DNA of 63,512 bases from Octopus bimaculoides (Eukaryota), in NCBI RefSeq assembly GCF_001194135.2, contig NC_068984.1, positions 73,185,646 through 73,249,157 on the forward strand, given 5' to 3'. The translations under genes were made by a program, and so were the position numbers. Positions within the stretch are counted from its first letter, which is position 1. Each line of letters starts with the position of its first letter. The notes below the pieces were generated by a model, which had not been told where the DNA came from, ran no database searches, and was given only the letters and a program-made list of their open reading frames with translations. Positions 1 through 14,661 of this stretch are shown here, piece by piece.

Positions 1-39
<39 letters not shown>

Positions 40-214
40 GATATGTATATATATAATATACGTAACAGTACATGGGTTTATATGTGGACCTCAATATGTA
101 TATATGCACACGACTATGTGCGCTGTATGTCTTGGTGAATGTTAATAAATATATGTATGTATATACATGTGTGTGTATGTGTGTGCCTATGTGTGTGTTA
201 ATACACTACTAAAT

Positions 215-600
215 AAAATGTTAAACCTAGTAACACTCTGTCAAGCAAATAATTTCACTTTCAAGTACCGTTAAGATATACGTACCACTGCAAGGAAATA
301 ATTCTGAAATCTGATCGAGAAAGTCGTGAAATTTTGAAGAAAATGAATGGTACTGATTTTATATCTTAAACGATTATTTAGCTACTAGCTTCAAGTTAGC
401 CTGAAGCAATAAAGTCGTTTCAAAGCAGAGGACATGTTGCTTGTATTGGAATCTATGGAGCAGCTTAAAATTTTAATGCCAATTATCGAATAGCTTACAT
501 CATAAGTTGTGTTTTATGTCTACAACGCCGCATATAAACTGATGTACGGGGAACTTCTAGGAAGATAACTTATACTCCAACATCATAGGAGAGAGCTAGT
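215..600 (+). repeat. Unclassified diverged dispersed repeat, copy 1 (paralog at ~15780-16190)
   Basis: Shared blocks aatgg(t/c)actgattttay atctta, cctgaagcaata, ttcaaagcaga, tgttgcttgtat and gttttatgtct, collinear over ~350 bp. Confidence 0.7.
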
Positions 601-1442
601 AAGTGCACTTGTACGAAATACTCGTATAATTTTTAAGAAACACAAAAATTATTAGCAGAAGCATCCAGCTCCAGGCGTTTTCGGATTACTTACTATGTCA
701 GGAATACACATGTATCCGCTTATACGTGCGTGTATGTATGAGTGCGTGTGTGTGTGCATGTGTGTGTGTGTACACGCATATATGTATTTATTTCATAGAT
801 AGTTATATATATGTATAGCAATCCACACACACACGCACGCACGCATACACACACACAGACATATATATATATATATATATATATANNNNNNNNNNNNNNN
901 NNNNNNNNNNNNNNNNNNNNNNNNNNNNNNNNNNNNNNNNNNNNNNNNNNNNNNNNNNNNNNNNNNNNNNNNNNNNNNNNNNNNNNNNNNNNNNNNNNNN
1001 NNNNNNNNNNNNNNNNNNNNNNNNNNNNNNNNNNNNNNNNNNNNNNNNNNNNNNNNNNNNNNNNNNNNNNNNNNNNNNNNNNNNNNNNNNNNNNNNNNNN
1101 NNNNNNNNNNNNNNNNNNNNNNNNNNNNNNNNNNNNNNNNNNNNNNNNNNNNNNNNNNNNNNNNNNNNNNNNNNNNNNNNNNNNNNNNNNNNNNNNNNNN
1201 NNNNNNNNNNNNNNNNNNNNNNNNNNNNNNNNNNNNNNNNNNNNNNNNNNNNNNNNNNNNNNNNNNNNNNNNNNNNNNNNNNNNNNNNNNNNNNNNNNNN
1301 NNNNNNNNNNNNNNNNNNNNNNNNNNNNNNNNNNNNNNNNNNNNNNNNNNNNNNNNNNNNNNNNNNNNNNNNNNNNNNNNNNNNNNNNNNNNNNNNNNNN
1401 NNNNNNNNNNNNNNNNNNNNTACAACGTCTTAGATACATATA

Positions 1443-1685
1443 TGCACATATATAACCTTGCTTATACATATATATACAAATATACACAATCATATTGACA
1501 CTCACACACACTCACAAATATACACATTATCTTAAAGTATACACGCATATACGCTTAACGATCACTATACCTATACATATATACACACACACATACACAC
1601 ATACATATATATAAATATATATGACACTAATACAAGGATAACGGTTAAAATTCAAATATGCATTTTTTTTTTCTTTTATTATAAC
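1443..1685 (+). repeat. Left arm of a ~250-bp inverted repeat (partner 3149-3414)
   Basis: atgacactaatacaaggataacggttaaaattcaaatatgca...ttattataac is the reverse complement of gttataataaaag...ttttaacctttatccttgtattagtgtcat with few mismatches. Confidence 0.9.
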
Positions 1686-1959
1686 CTTTTGTTTTCTCCA
1701 TAAACGTACCACACATAGATGTGTCTACACATACTCATATCTACACATACTCATACGCCCATGCATACACACACTCATATAGTCACATACACAACGCACA
1801 ACACATACACACATGTGAACACACACATACATCTACACATACGTACATACATATCAAACTATATACGCTCATACGGTTATATATAACTACATATATGTAT
1901 GTATTATGCATCTCAACATGTATGTATGGAATGGAATTCCACATGTACAAGAGACAGAA

Positions 1960-3130
1960 GGGTGACTATAGAGGTGTACTCCCGAGTGGAATCTGGATAT
2001 TACCCCACTCGGATTTACGGTTTAGAGAGGGTTTGTACTCCTTGTTACAGACAGCTTCAGTGACTTGTCTCAGCATTGCATCAGTGGGATGTTTGGATTA
2101 GATTTTTAATTTAAGTCTCCCTAAGGAGCCCTTGCGGCAGTCTACAGCATGCTGATAGAAGATGGAGTTTGGTTTCTTTTCAATGTAGTTGTCCAGGTGT
2201 TCTTTGAACCTATCATTGATACTCCTAGAAGTCTCACCAATGTATGACTCTGGGTTAGTCGCGCAAGCTCCTTCTTGGCACTTAATCTGGTATACAGTGT
2301 TCTTGGTTTTGCAGTTCACGTGTGGGTTTGTAGAACATACTGCACAATTATTTTGACAGATGATTCTATCAAACGGATATGATTTACATAACCCAGATTT
2401 GATAGTCCTACCTGTCTTTTCTACAACTTTGATCTTAAGGCCAGTTGCGTGCAGGATTTTCTTGAATGCCTTACTTAATATGTTCTTAGGTGTAGCATCA
2501 ACAAACANNNNNNNNNNTGCAGTTCACGTGTGGGTTTGTAGAACATACTGCACAATTATTTTGACAGATGATTCTATCAAACGGATATGATTTACATAAC
2601 CCAGATTTGATAGTCCTACCTGTCTTTTCTACAACTTTGATCTTAAGGCCAGTTGCGTGCAGGATTTTCTTGAATGCCTTACTTAATATGTTCTTAGGTG
2701 TAGCATCAACAAACATTACGCTGTGAAACTTCTTGTTATCATACCAAGTGTCGTTCTAATTTCTTTTGTTGGCGTCCCTCTCTAACCTATTCCAGAACTT
2801 GTTCCGGTATAGGGGGCATGTACCGTTTTCATCATCTCTTAGGATGCGTTCGAATTTTGTTTTTGCTCCATTGTACACCCTGATTCTATTATGCTGTGTG
2901 TATCCGGAATGTTGCATTCGGAATATATAGTGCTGGATGTGTTGTTGTCGTTCCTGCGGTTAGCATAGTGGGGATACATTCCTCATTACTCTAACTAAGT
3001 CTGCTACGAGGATGTTGATACGGGTTACCAGTGGATTAGCCATAGGTTTAGAGTAGTGTGAGTGGAGTAGACAGGGTTTAACAGTTCCATCAATTACAGT
3101 ATTTTCTATCCATAGCTCAGTATCTAGGAC
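1960..3130 (-). mobile_element. Penelope-like retroelement fragment (RT thumb/linker + GIY-YIG endonuclease), decayed, 5'-truncated
   Basis: Minus-strand translation gives ...RIRVYNGAKTKFERILRDDENGTCPLYRNKFW...MFVDATPKNILSKAFKKIL...KIKVVEKTG, then NTVYQIKC...SYIGETSRSINDRFKEH (GIY-YIG), then DAMLRQVTEAV...PSLNRKSEWGN (typical PLE C-terminus). Contains stops and a 10-N gap. Confidence 0.9.
2098..2319 (-). pseudogene. GIY-YIG endonuclease domain of the Penelope-like element
   Basis: ORF MNCKTKNTVYQIKC-x-YIGETSRS-x-RFKEH matches the PLE VY-x-YIG-T-R-EH pattern. Confidence 0.9.
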
Positions 3131-3148
3131 GGGTAACCTATTAAAGAT

Positions 3149-3414
3149 GTTATAATAAAAGAAAAAAAAATGTATATTTGAATTTTAACCTTTATCCTTG
3201 TATTAGTGTCATATATATTTGTATATATGTATGTGTGTATGTGTGTGTGTATATATGTATAGGTATAGTGATGGTTAAGCGTATATGCGTGTATACTTTA
3301 AGATAATATGTATATTTGTGAGTGTGTGTGAGTGTCAATATGATTGTGTGTACTTGTATATATATGTATAAGTAAGGTTGTATATATATGTATAAGTAAG
3401 GTTATATATGTGCA
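3149..3414 (-). repeat. Right arm of the inverted repeat flanking the PLE fragment
   Basis: Reverse complement of 1443-1685, plus an internal ~23-bp tandem duplication (tatatatatgtataagtaaggtt x2). Confidence 0.9.
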
Positions 3415-3966
3415 AAGAAGGAGGGGGAAATACTGAAAATAAAGAGGATTATAGAGAGATACAGAGAAAGAAAGAAAGGAAGAGAGCAGAGAGTATAGTC
3501 ACAGAAATTATGATTAAAAGAAAAAAACTTACTGTGGACAAGGCTGCGTTGCGTTCGATTATAAATAGATGAATATAAAATACATCGAGTACACGACATT
3601 GCCAACTAGTATAAAATACGTAAACACACGATCGATGTATCCAGGACAAAATACTAAAATAAGTCTAACCCTCCTCAGTTGTCGACTGTTAATTATTCCC
3701 TATTTCGAGCTTTCAACGGCAAGATATGAAACCTTCATGTGTTTACATATTTTTCACTCGTTGGTGATTTCCTGTTTTTATTGTATATTTTTTGGTGTTT
3801 TGTCCTGTAATTATATATGTGTATAATTATATGTATATATATATATATATGTGTGTGTGTGTACATATATATATGTATATGTATATGTATATATACGTGT
3901 ATATACATACATATAATATATATATATATATATGGACATATATATTTATGTATATATCATCTATAT

Positions 3967-4011
<45 letters not shown>

Positions 4012-4185
4012 CATACATATCTATGTCTATATATATATATATGTGTGTGCGTGTGTGTGTATGTATATCTATCTATCTATCTATCTATCTATCNNNNNNN
4101 NNNATACATACATACATACATACATGCATACATACATACATACATATATACATACATACATACATACATACATAAATACATACAT

Positions 4186-4232
<47 letters not shown>

Positions 4233-5220
4233 GGGTTTGCCAAAAGTAACCAGACAATAAATCAGAATTCCATAAATACTTAATATTTTATTTTATTTGT
4301 TCATTCCAATTATGAATGTTTAATAATTGAATGCTGTGAGTTAAAATCACTGTTTTTGTTTGTTTGTTTGTTTGTTTTTTTCAACCTTTGTCTATTTATT
4401 AACGAAGTTTCTTATAAAATATTCTTATTTTAATCATGGAATTCAATGGGTTTTGATTTACTGTCAGGTGACTTTTGGCCAAACCTGTATATACGTGTGC
4501 GTGTGTGTGCGTGTGTGTGCGCGCACGCGTGTATGTATGTATGAAAGTTGTGTGTGGAAATAGATAAGGCAACTTCTGTTAGAAGTTCCATGTATAATAC
4601 AATCACCAAGCCTGCTTCCAGTTTAGTTGTTAGTGAAGTATTATATTTAATAGTATGGAGCAAATGAAAGAGAAATTCCGATGAACAGAAGTTAATATTA
4701 TTTGTTCCTACTTACATTTTTCTTTTGTGCTCGTTTGTAACCATACATTGGATGTTGCGCGTGAAACTGGATGCTTAATCACTACGAATGTTTAGGGAAC
4801 ATGTTATGGTTTTATATTACAGAGAACAAATGTTTTGAGTTGGGTAGATGGTGAAGCACTTTATAAGCATTTTAAGAGAGTAGTAGAAAGGAAGCGATTA
4901 ACAAAGATAAAGAGGGACTTAGAAATAAGTGAAAAGGGTAGAGAAGAGTAGAAATGAAAGACAAAAGACCGAGTGCTTGGTTTGTTGTGTTCTCGATCAA
5001 AACATTTCATCTCACATTGCTTTGCGATCACTTCGACACCTAATTGCGGCATACAATTCCCCTATTCAGACAATGTCGATTTGATTGAGAGCGAGTGGGC
5101 TAACAAAACAGGATATATATTTGATCACTATAAATAAAATATTGGTGCAGGTCATTCAGCAAAATCTGAGCATTCATACACCATCTTCGACGGGAGGTTT
5201 CAATACTTACACACACACGC

Positions 5221-5263
<43 letters not shown>

Positions 5264-5278
5264 TAGATAGATAGATAA

Positions 5279-5323
<45 letters not shown>

Positions 5324-5967
5324 CATATATATATATATACACGTATGCTTGTATGGGTAGAAAAAAGAGGGAGGAAGTAAATAGGAGACAGGAAGGGCAT
5401 CACAAATAGAGTATATGTTGCGTGTACGTGTGTGACTTTGAGACGAATATATATGGTCATATCAGTTTTGTATTCAATATGTCCTCGATTGGTGTTCTTC
5501 CTGTCTCCTTTTTAACTCGTCTCTCTTTTCTCTATCCATACTTATAAGCACGTACATCATATATACCACATGCATGTGAGTGTGTGTTTATGAACATAAG
5601 TATATATATATATATATGCACACACACATACACGTATGTATGTATTTATGTATGTATGTATGTATGTATGTGTGTATTCATGTAAATGTACGTATCTACA
5701 TTTTGAAATATGCGAAAATATGACAACAGAGAAACATATATAAATGTACATATACATAGTCATATGCTGTATGTTATAAGCTATTTATCATCGCTTGCCT
5801 TGGTATATTATTATAGCTAAGGGCTAGAGAGCCAGCTAAAATCCAACGTTTCCTACGTGTAACGTAATTTTCGCTAATTGGCTTCCAGCCTAAATTCATT
5901 ATACTTCAATTCAGCCGCGCTTTAATGCCTCATAGGTTTTAGAGATGTGCTTACTGCTTTCGTATGG

Positions 5968-6087
<120 letters not shown>

Positions 6088-7786
6088 AGGTATATGTATC
6101 TCTATATTTATGTAGGATGATAGAAAGGAGACAAAGACAAAATTGGACATTAAGTGATGTAGGTAGGTGTCTTTATATTTATATGTATCTGTGTGTATAT
6201 CTATCTATGTGTCCATATTTATGTGCGTGTGCGTGTATGTGTGTGTGTGTGTGTGCATATTTATATATCTATATCTATATACAGATAGACAGATTGATAT
6301 GTATATACATACACGCTTATATATATGTATATATGTATATATATGCATATGTATGTATCGCTGTACATTTGTATATGCATATGTATATGTACATACACAT
6401 GCATATATATCCACCCCATATGCGCACATGCATACATTCAGATACATACAGACATGTATATATGTATATATGTAAAGTTAAAGAGTGAACATGAAGGAGA
6501 TAGAGAACGAAAGATGAGAAGGGAGAGATATTGTGAGTGGGTGTGAACCTAATCTCCATGATTTTTTTTCATCCCTGCTGTTGCAGGGAGATTTCTTATC
6601 GATATCCGATGTAATTCATACGACGACGTTATACATTTATCAAATCAACTCAAAAATCTTAATGAAGTTATATACTGGAACTTAGAACGTTTGAAAGGCG
6701 AAGAATTAGCCGAACTATATTTCGTTGATCGAAATATAATATAATTCCATTAAGGCTATTTTAATTTCCATTCATTTATTTTAAAATCAAATTGATTATA
6801 ATTAGCTTATTATTATATAACTGTAATACACACATACATGAATGTATATAACTAATCTATCGTAAAAATACTTACACTCACATACTCATATATGTATACA
6901 TATATATAGTATATATATATAAAGTATATATATATATANNNNNNNNNNNNNNNNNNNNNNNNNNNNNNNNNNNNNNNNNNNNNNNNNNNNNNNNNNNNNN
7001 NNNNNNNNNNNNNNNNNNNNNNNNNNNNNNNNNNNNNNNNNNNNNNNNNNNNNNNNNNNNNNNNNNNNNNNNNNNNNNNNNNNNNNNNNNNNNNNNNNNN
7101 NNNNNNNNNNNNNNNNNNNNNNNNNNNNNNNNNNNNNNNNNNNNNNNNNNNNNNNNNNNNNNNNNNNNNNNNNNNNNNNNNNNNNNNNNNNNNNNNNNNN
7201 NNNNNNNNNNNNNNNNNNNNNNNNNNNNNNNNNNNNNNNNNNNNNNNNNNTATATATATATATATATATATGTATATATGCATATATAGATATGCCAAAT
7301 GAAAGATTGAACAGGATGAAATTTGTTGATGTAATTAGATCTTCGCATTCGTTGGTTTCCAGGGAGCATGTTATCGAGCTATCTATTGATGTACCGTTTA
7401 CTACTTTTCCGAAATTAAGAAATAAATGCACATCTGACCCCTTTTTTCACTCAGATTTTAAATACTTATGATATATAAAATCAATTGTACAAAGGGAAAA
7501 TCTTGACTCTTTGTATATAATTTATTGAAATTGTTCCTTGATATATTGCTATGTTATTTGATGGTAAAATAATCTTCAACCAACGCAGTGCCTCGTGGCA
7601 AATAATTTATTAAGGAATTGGCAAGAATACCATGTAAGCTCAAGGTTCAGTTAAAGCAAATATATTAAAAACACGTAAGTTCAGCAAATGAAAGATTCGA
7701 TTGTTACTCTAAAGCGATCATTGCAATTTAGTATGTTTATAGGAATAATACAAATGTATCTATCTATCTATCTATCTATCTATCTC

Positions 7787-7827
<41 letters not shown>

Positions 7828-7997
7828 GTAGGTGATTAAAATGAAAATAAGCAACATATGGATAATACCGTACTAAATTCTGGTGCCTAAACTTAAGTAC
7901 CATATTCACCTGAATCTAAATGTTTTATCTATCTATATATATATTTGTGTGTGTGTGTATGCATGTATGTGTGTATGCATGTATGCATATATATATG

Positions 7998-8078
<81 letters not shown>

Positions 8079-8707
8079 CAATAGTATGTGTTCTAACACT
8101 ATTCCACAAATATACAAACAGCCATATCAACAATCCAACATATATGCCCCACGGATATCATTATGGTTTCGACACCTGGGCTGTACCATGCAATCCGGCG
8201 GTGTCAGCAGCACTAAAAGAAGTGCTGTTTGAGACCAAACATACCAAGGAAACAAAACACACAATTTTCAAGCACATTTACTACATGTACAACAGCATTC
8301 AATCAAATATAGGCAGGATTAAACTCTAACTTAATAATTAAACTACAAGTAACACATAAATCTATGTACATTTGTATCGGTGTTACTAGTAAAACTACAA
8401 TAACTAAATTATATACTAAATAGCGACCAACCTTTTAGTACATACAAATAATAATCCCACCAGTCTTCTATAGTTACTATATGTAACGAAGAAAATGAAC
8501 ACTTTTTTTTCAATTCTCTCCAAAACAACAACATGATTGAATGTAATGAATAACATATTAACTGAGTGAAATACGTTACTTCATAATTCAAAAGCACTTC
8601 ATACTCTTTATATGTATTACCCTTACAAGCTATAACGTAAACTTACCAGTAACTATATACATATATATATAGACAAAGACTTACAGACAGATAGACACAT
8701 AGATACA

Positions 8708-9743
8708 TTTCTTTTATTATCCACACGAGGCTCAACAGAGATGGGACAAATACAATGTAGAGCTTTTGTTTTTGGGAGGGAGAAGGGAGAGAAAAAAAAG
8801 TAAGTAGTGGGGTGTCGATCAAAAGGGATCGGAAAAAAATAAAAGCCCATCAATAGGGATCGTGTATCACAGTAATGTTCTCGTGTAAAATGGGGAGGAC
8901 AGTTTAGGTTTAGCCGTGGAAAGAAAAGCCTACGGAAAAGACCACTGTAACCTTGGTCAATATTGTCATAACAGTAAGAGACTCTCTTTTGCCTTTTTGT
9001 TTCTTTTCTGGATTTTCTTTTACTCCTTTATAGTGTTATGCTCAAGCTGGCTCCGTCATTCACACGTGCCGTCCTTGCTACATTCACCCATCTTTTTTTG
9101 AAGCATTCACTAGACAAGACTTCCCTTTCTACTCTCACCTTCCGCTTCAGGTGATACTTGAAGAAGTTGATGNNNNNNNNNNNNNNNNNNNNNNNNNNNN
9201 NNNNNNNNNNNNNNNNNNNNNNNNNNNNNNNNNNNNNNNNNNNNNNNNNNNNNNNNNNNNNNNNNNNNNNNNNNNNNNNNNNNNNNNNNNNNNNNNNNNN
9301 NNNNNNNNNNNNNNNNNNNNNNNNNNNNNNNNNNNNNNNNNNNNNNNNNNNNNNNNNNNNNNNNNNNNNNNNNNNNNNNNNNNNNNNNNNNNNNNNNNNN
9401 NNNNNNNNNNNNNNNNNNNNNNNNNNNNNNNNNNNNNNNNNNNNNNNNNNNNNNNNNNNNNNNNNNNNNNNNNNNNNNNNNNNNNNNNNNNNNNNNNNNN
9501 NNNNNNNNNNNNNNNNNNNNNNNNNNNNNNNNNNNNNNNNNNNNNNNNNNNNNNNNNNNNNNNNNNNNNNNNNNNNNNNNNNNNNNNNNNNNNNNNNNNN
9601 NNNNNNNNNNNNNNNNNGCGGGTCAGGTATTCCTTGTCGACGCCCAGGTTCGCCCCGAGATCGTCGTCGTACCTTCCCTCCACTAGTCCACTATAGAATG
9701 CGTTAGTTGTGATGCAGTCGCTCAAGGTTGACCCGGGGTGTTG

Positions 9744-9744
<1 letters not shown>
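8708..9744 (-). mobile_element. 5'-truncated Tx1/L1-clade non-LTR retrotransposon (ORF2 C-terminus + 3'UTR + A-rich tail), spans an N gap
   Basis: Minus translation ...[31 protein letters not shown]-[gap]-INFFKYHLKRKVRVEREVLSSECFKKRWVNVARTARVNDGASLSITL*. The 3'UTR ends ...cctcgtgtggataataaaagaaa; homologous to 63137-63512 and 48650-48960. Confidence 0.8.
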
Positions 9745-9813
<69 letters not shown>

Positions 9814-9883
9814 CCAATCAGACAGACAGACAGACAGACAGACAGATGGACGGACGGACGGATGGACAAACAGACAGACAGAC

Positions 9884-9928
<45 letters not shown>

Positions 9929-11600
9929 TGAATATATAGAATTTGATTGATATTGTAGTCAGTGATTCCATATTCCAGATACCCAATCGTGATCTGAATT
10001 TCAGGCAGGACGGCAATTTTGTCAGAAAGTCGATGGTTGGAAACTGCAGGAACATGTGCTGGTCATTGCCTTGCCGTCTTTGCAGATATCACAGCATCAT
10101 CAAAATCACGTCATGTAATGAAACTTATAACGCGAAGAATGTTGGCAGTAGATCTACGTTCTGGCCAACTAAACATGATCGTTGCACAAGACTCAAAGAC
10201 CATGCAGTGAGGTTTTTCTGTAGTCCTAAATTACGAAGTTGTAGTTATTTTCTGACTGTGATTGGGTGACTATGTATAGCATTCAAGTATAGGTATTTCA
10301 GTGTCTCAATAGGTATACTGTTGTTTTAGTGGCAATCATAGTTGTAACTTTATCTCAGTTCCTATCAATATAGATAGATGTACTTATCAAATATCAATAA
10401 CTGGTCTGCTAGTCAACTGAGAGACGCTGGCAGGTGAGGATTTCATTGTTCGGGAACAAAGCTCACCTAGTTGGTGAGGTTTCCTTGTACTTGCTCTCAA
10501 TCAATATAATACCGAAAGCGTTATTGTAATTATATCAAGCACGAGTAACACACAGTTTAGCCTACTTTGAGCAAAATCTCCCTAAAGCAACTTCTTTATG
10601 CAATAGGGGATCAAAAGAAATTTGTACATTTGCTTTGAGTGTAGGGAACGAAGCGCTTCCTTATCTCATACTCTGCGTAGATCTCCATGTAAATTAGCAA
10701 GTAGCATCAATAGATATACGGTAAGAAGCTTCGACGCTTACACATTGCTTCTTTGCTTTATACAATTTTTTTCCTGATAATTGTTCTTGGGGTCTTCACA
10801 GGTTTTCTTTTTTCAAGCGTATGTAGCTTGAATACTAGTAGTTTTTTTTTACTCGAAAAGAAAAATCATATTAGATAATTAAGTGAAAGTGGATTTCTGT
10901 TCCTTTTATCGTAAAGTAGAATTTCGTGACATCCCATTCAGTATCCGACCATCACTGAGATAAGACCACGACGCTTTTGGTAGCCAATCAGTATGACACA
11001 ATCACACAATCACACCTATTTCGATATTTAATCAATATTATGACAGAACGAAGTCTTTTACGACTGTCAAACATTGAGACAACGTCATTTCTCGTGACTG
11101 ACCAAACATTAAGGATACCTGTAGTTCTACTTCCATTCATCATTTATCATGCTCCTTTGAATTAAGAAAGACTTGACATCGTCTAAACAGAGAAAGAAAG
11201 ATACAGTTTTCATTAAATAGTTACAAGACTAGAAGATGATGCAAAAATATCCAAGGACAATTTAACGCTTTAAGGAATTGCAGTGAGGATAAGAAGAAAA
11301 GCCAGAAACAAATGTGCAGTATAGGTGAGGTAATACAAGATAAGTTTTAACAGGTTGTCAGATAATATCAAAAGTAATATTACAAACGGTAACAGCTAGT
11401 GGGTTGAGTTTAAGCGATACAGTTATAACACACAGTATATTTGACAGAATATATAAAACACTAATATAAAATTAAATTAAATTAAATAATATTCTCAGAA
11501 AAAAAAAATTCCGGCAAGTGTATGTAAGGATACACAGAAGAAGATTGGTTCAAAGTCATATAGTTTTGTGAGACTAATATTTAAAGCTTGGGAAATAATA

Positions 11601-11753
11601 CTTCCTATTATAGACACAAGGCCTGAAATTTGGGGGAAGGGGCCAGTCGATTAGATCGACCTCAGTACACAACTGTTACTTAATTCATCGACCCCGAAAG
11701 GATGAACGCCAAAGTCAACCTCGGCGGAATTTGAACTCAGAACGTAGCGACGG
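11601..11753 (-). mobile_element. Major tRNA-derived SINE, 5'-truncated copy
   Basis: gttctgagttcaaattccgccgagg (B-box region) ...cctttcggggtcgat...atttcaggccttgtg on the minus strand; same family as 49143-49355. Confidence 0.85.
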
Positions 11754-12313
11754 GAAGGTTTGGGAAATAATGGATTAGTATAGGTTAGGGGAAAAACATG
11801 GAGATTCCGTTGCTGAATGTATTACAGCAACAATGATGCATTTGTCAGTGGGTGTGATATTATAATGTATGTGTGGTAAAGATTTTGGCCGCATGACAAT
11901 AATAAATGGAACTCTAAATCCTAAGAATTATCCAAAAGTATTTTGTAACAAAATTATCCCTTCAATCAGCGCTAATGTTTCAACAAGACGATGCTACATG
12001 CCACAGAGCAAAATTCAACATGATATAGTAGAAAGATCATAAAATAAATTCATAGATGCGAATCAAAATTTGTATTGGTTTCCAAGCCAAATAATAGAGC
12101 ACAATAAAGTGAAGTATTCATCAATGCCTGGAATAGAATAACGAATACCGAGAAGTTGAAGAACTTATCACTTCCATGCCATGAAAAATTATTGCAGTGA
12201 CCAAAGCAAAATCTAACCTATTAAATACTATTATAAATAGCATTACATTATATTCAATAACATGATTTGTTTATATATGGTGTCCAATATACCCGAAAAT
12301 TAGGCTTATATAT

Positions 12314-12372
<59 letters not shown>

Positions 12373-12767
12373 GACGATGGTGGGGGTTGGAGAGTTGGTT
12401 CTGAAACTCTTTAACTAGAAAGTCGTGATCAATTTTGAACCAACTGTGTAACTTTTTGCTGTTTCTATGCACACTCTGTGATGTGTGTAACTACGGAGAC
12501 CATTACAAGGAAGCGTTTACTGAAATGCACAGTTCCCTTCACAGTTAAAACTTTCGATATATAAATATGCATATGGATTTCTAAATACTGGTGATGAGCC
12601 TAGTACATTATCTTGCATTATACATTTGCACATCTACCTTTATACATGAATATAAGCATAAATGCACGCAAATATACACGAGAATAAGATATCGATAGAT
12701 ATGCGTACGTACATTGCATACAGATATCATTACTCACGTACGTATTTGTGTCTATGCGTGTGCGTGC

Positions 12768-12799
<32 letters not shown>

Positions 12800-12899
12800 N
12801 NNNNNNNNNTAGAGGTAATTGTGGGTGGTCTACCTCTTAGACGTCTACTAGGGCAGAAATCTCTAAGGTCGTATCTATCTAGATATGCATCGTCATATG

Positions 12900-13090
12900 T
12901 CAATCTAAGTTCAGTAATCTATGGTTAGGGTGTTTAGTAGGGTAGTCTATCGTAACTCTAATACTCTGGTGGATGGAGTTAGCTATTCGCTGGATGCTCT
13001 CCATAGTCTTAGTTTCTATTTCTATTTCAGNNNNNNNNNNCTATTCGCTGGATGCTCTCCATAGTCTTAGTTTCTATTTCTATTTCAGGG
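12900..13090 (-). mobile_element. Second Penelope-like RT fragment
   Basis: Minus translation EIETKTMESIQRIANSIHQSIRVTIDYPTKHPNHRLLNLD resembles the PLE RT segment TM..I..IANSIHPSI..T.DYP....LP.LD. Bounded by 10-N gaps. Confidence 0.7.
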
Positions 13091-13172
13091 GTACTCTGAA
13101 ATAGAATCGTTTGTCAAGTGATGGTGGAGGACAAATACAGACACACATACACAAATATATGCATATACATAC

Positions 13173-13420
<248 letters not shown>

Positions 13421-14661
13421 TACAAATCCATTCTTTACTGGACTTTAAATTAACTAATCAAAATAGACAGGAGAACAAGAAAAATAATGACTGTATTTAG
13501 GATGCACCACCCACAATCTGAAATAGAAAGGTTATATATACAACGTATCGAAGATGGTAGAGGACTTATACAGCTACAAAACTATAACAATATAACTACC
13601 ATAGGACTAGAGAAATACCTATTTTAGAAACAAAGAAAACTAATACAAATAGCCGCAAAACACGAACAAAACGAAAAACTGTTTTCAGTCTTTAAGGAAA
13701 TTGACAAATACAAATAAGTCATAGTACCTAAAAACTATGAAGAAAAAGAAGAAATAACAAAAACTGTAGAACAACTGAAATCCAAACTACAACTGGAATA
13801 GCAACGGATCATGATAAAAACATGGCAAATACTGGGCTAAACTAAACAGATAAGAAATAGGCAAAATGAAATCCCAACAATGGCTGAGAAACTTAGGACT
13901 TAAAACAGAGTCTAAAGGATTTTTAACTGCAGCACAAGATGAAAGCCTTCTCATCAGAAATTATCAAAAATGTAATAAAAAGAAATACAACTGCAGGATA
14001 TGTGGAGATGGAGAAGAAACAATAAATCCTATTGTCTCTGGCTGCCCAGTCCTGGATAAGAAGGAATATATTCACAGAAACGACAGAGTTGGGACTTGTA
14101 TACCCTGGAAGCTAAGCCAACACTATGGAATAACAACAGAAAACAGATTGTATAGGCACACGCAAGAAAAGGTCACTGAAAATGAAAAAGCAACAATATT
14201 CTGGAATATGACAATACACACAGATAGAGAAATTAAGGTCAATAGACCGGATATAGTTGTCAGGGATCACCAACGGAAAAAACTGCATTCTAATCCACGT
14301 ATCAATACCAACAGGTGACAATATTTCTCTAAAACCAACGGAGAAACTCTCAAAACACAAGGATCTGGAAATAGAGAAACAACAGAAACAATTCCTATCA
14401 TAGCGGGCGCATTAGGTATGATAAAAAATATTCAGACAAATATATAGCAAAAACACGTATATATAACATACATACATATATAACTAACACGTATATATAA
14501 AATACAGAAAATAACACTACTAGGCACCACACACATACTACGTAAAACACTCTCAATAAAGTAAAAAGAAGATCATAACAACAAACCACAGCACATACCC
14601 AAGGCACACAGACCTGGGCTTGGTAGCGCAGTGAAACCACGTGGTAAAAATAAGACTACTG
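13421..14661 (+). mobile_element. R4/Dong-clade non-LTR retrotransposon, 5'-truncated, decayed (CCHC finger + REL endonuclease)
   Basis: MHHPQSEIERLYIQRIEDGRGL; AAQDESL; CRICGDGEETINPIVSGCPVL..KEYIHRNDRV; ENEKATIFWNMTIHTDREIKVNRPDIVV; LGTTHILRKTLS*. Ends in (AAT)n at 14662-14680. Confidence 0.9.

Noticed and set aside
2326-2715. ~190-bp direct tandem duplication in the PLE
   Set aside because: Identical copies separated by a 10-N gap indicate an unmerged contig overlap.
3690-3750. Minus-strand catgaagg-tttca...tgaaa-gctc-GAAA resembling a hammerhead stem II
   Set aside because: The CUGANGA core is broken and there is no stem I or III.
9943-10269. 108-aa and 63-aa ORFs in non-repetitive sequence
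   Set aside because: No recognisable domain, no convincing splice-site pair and a length expected by chance.
12981-13088. ~48-bp direct repeat
   Set aside because: Identical copies around a 10-N gap; assembly artefact.
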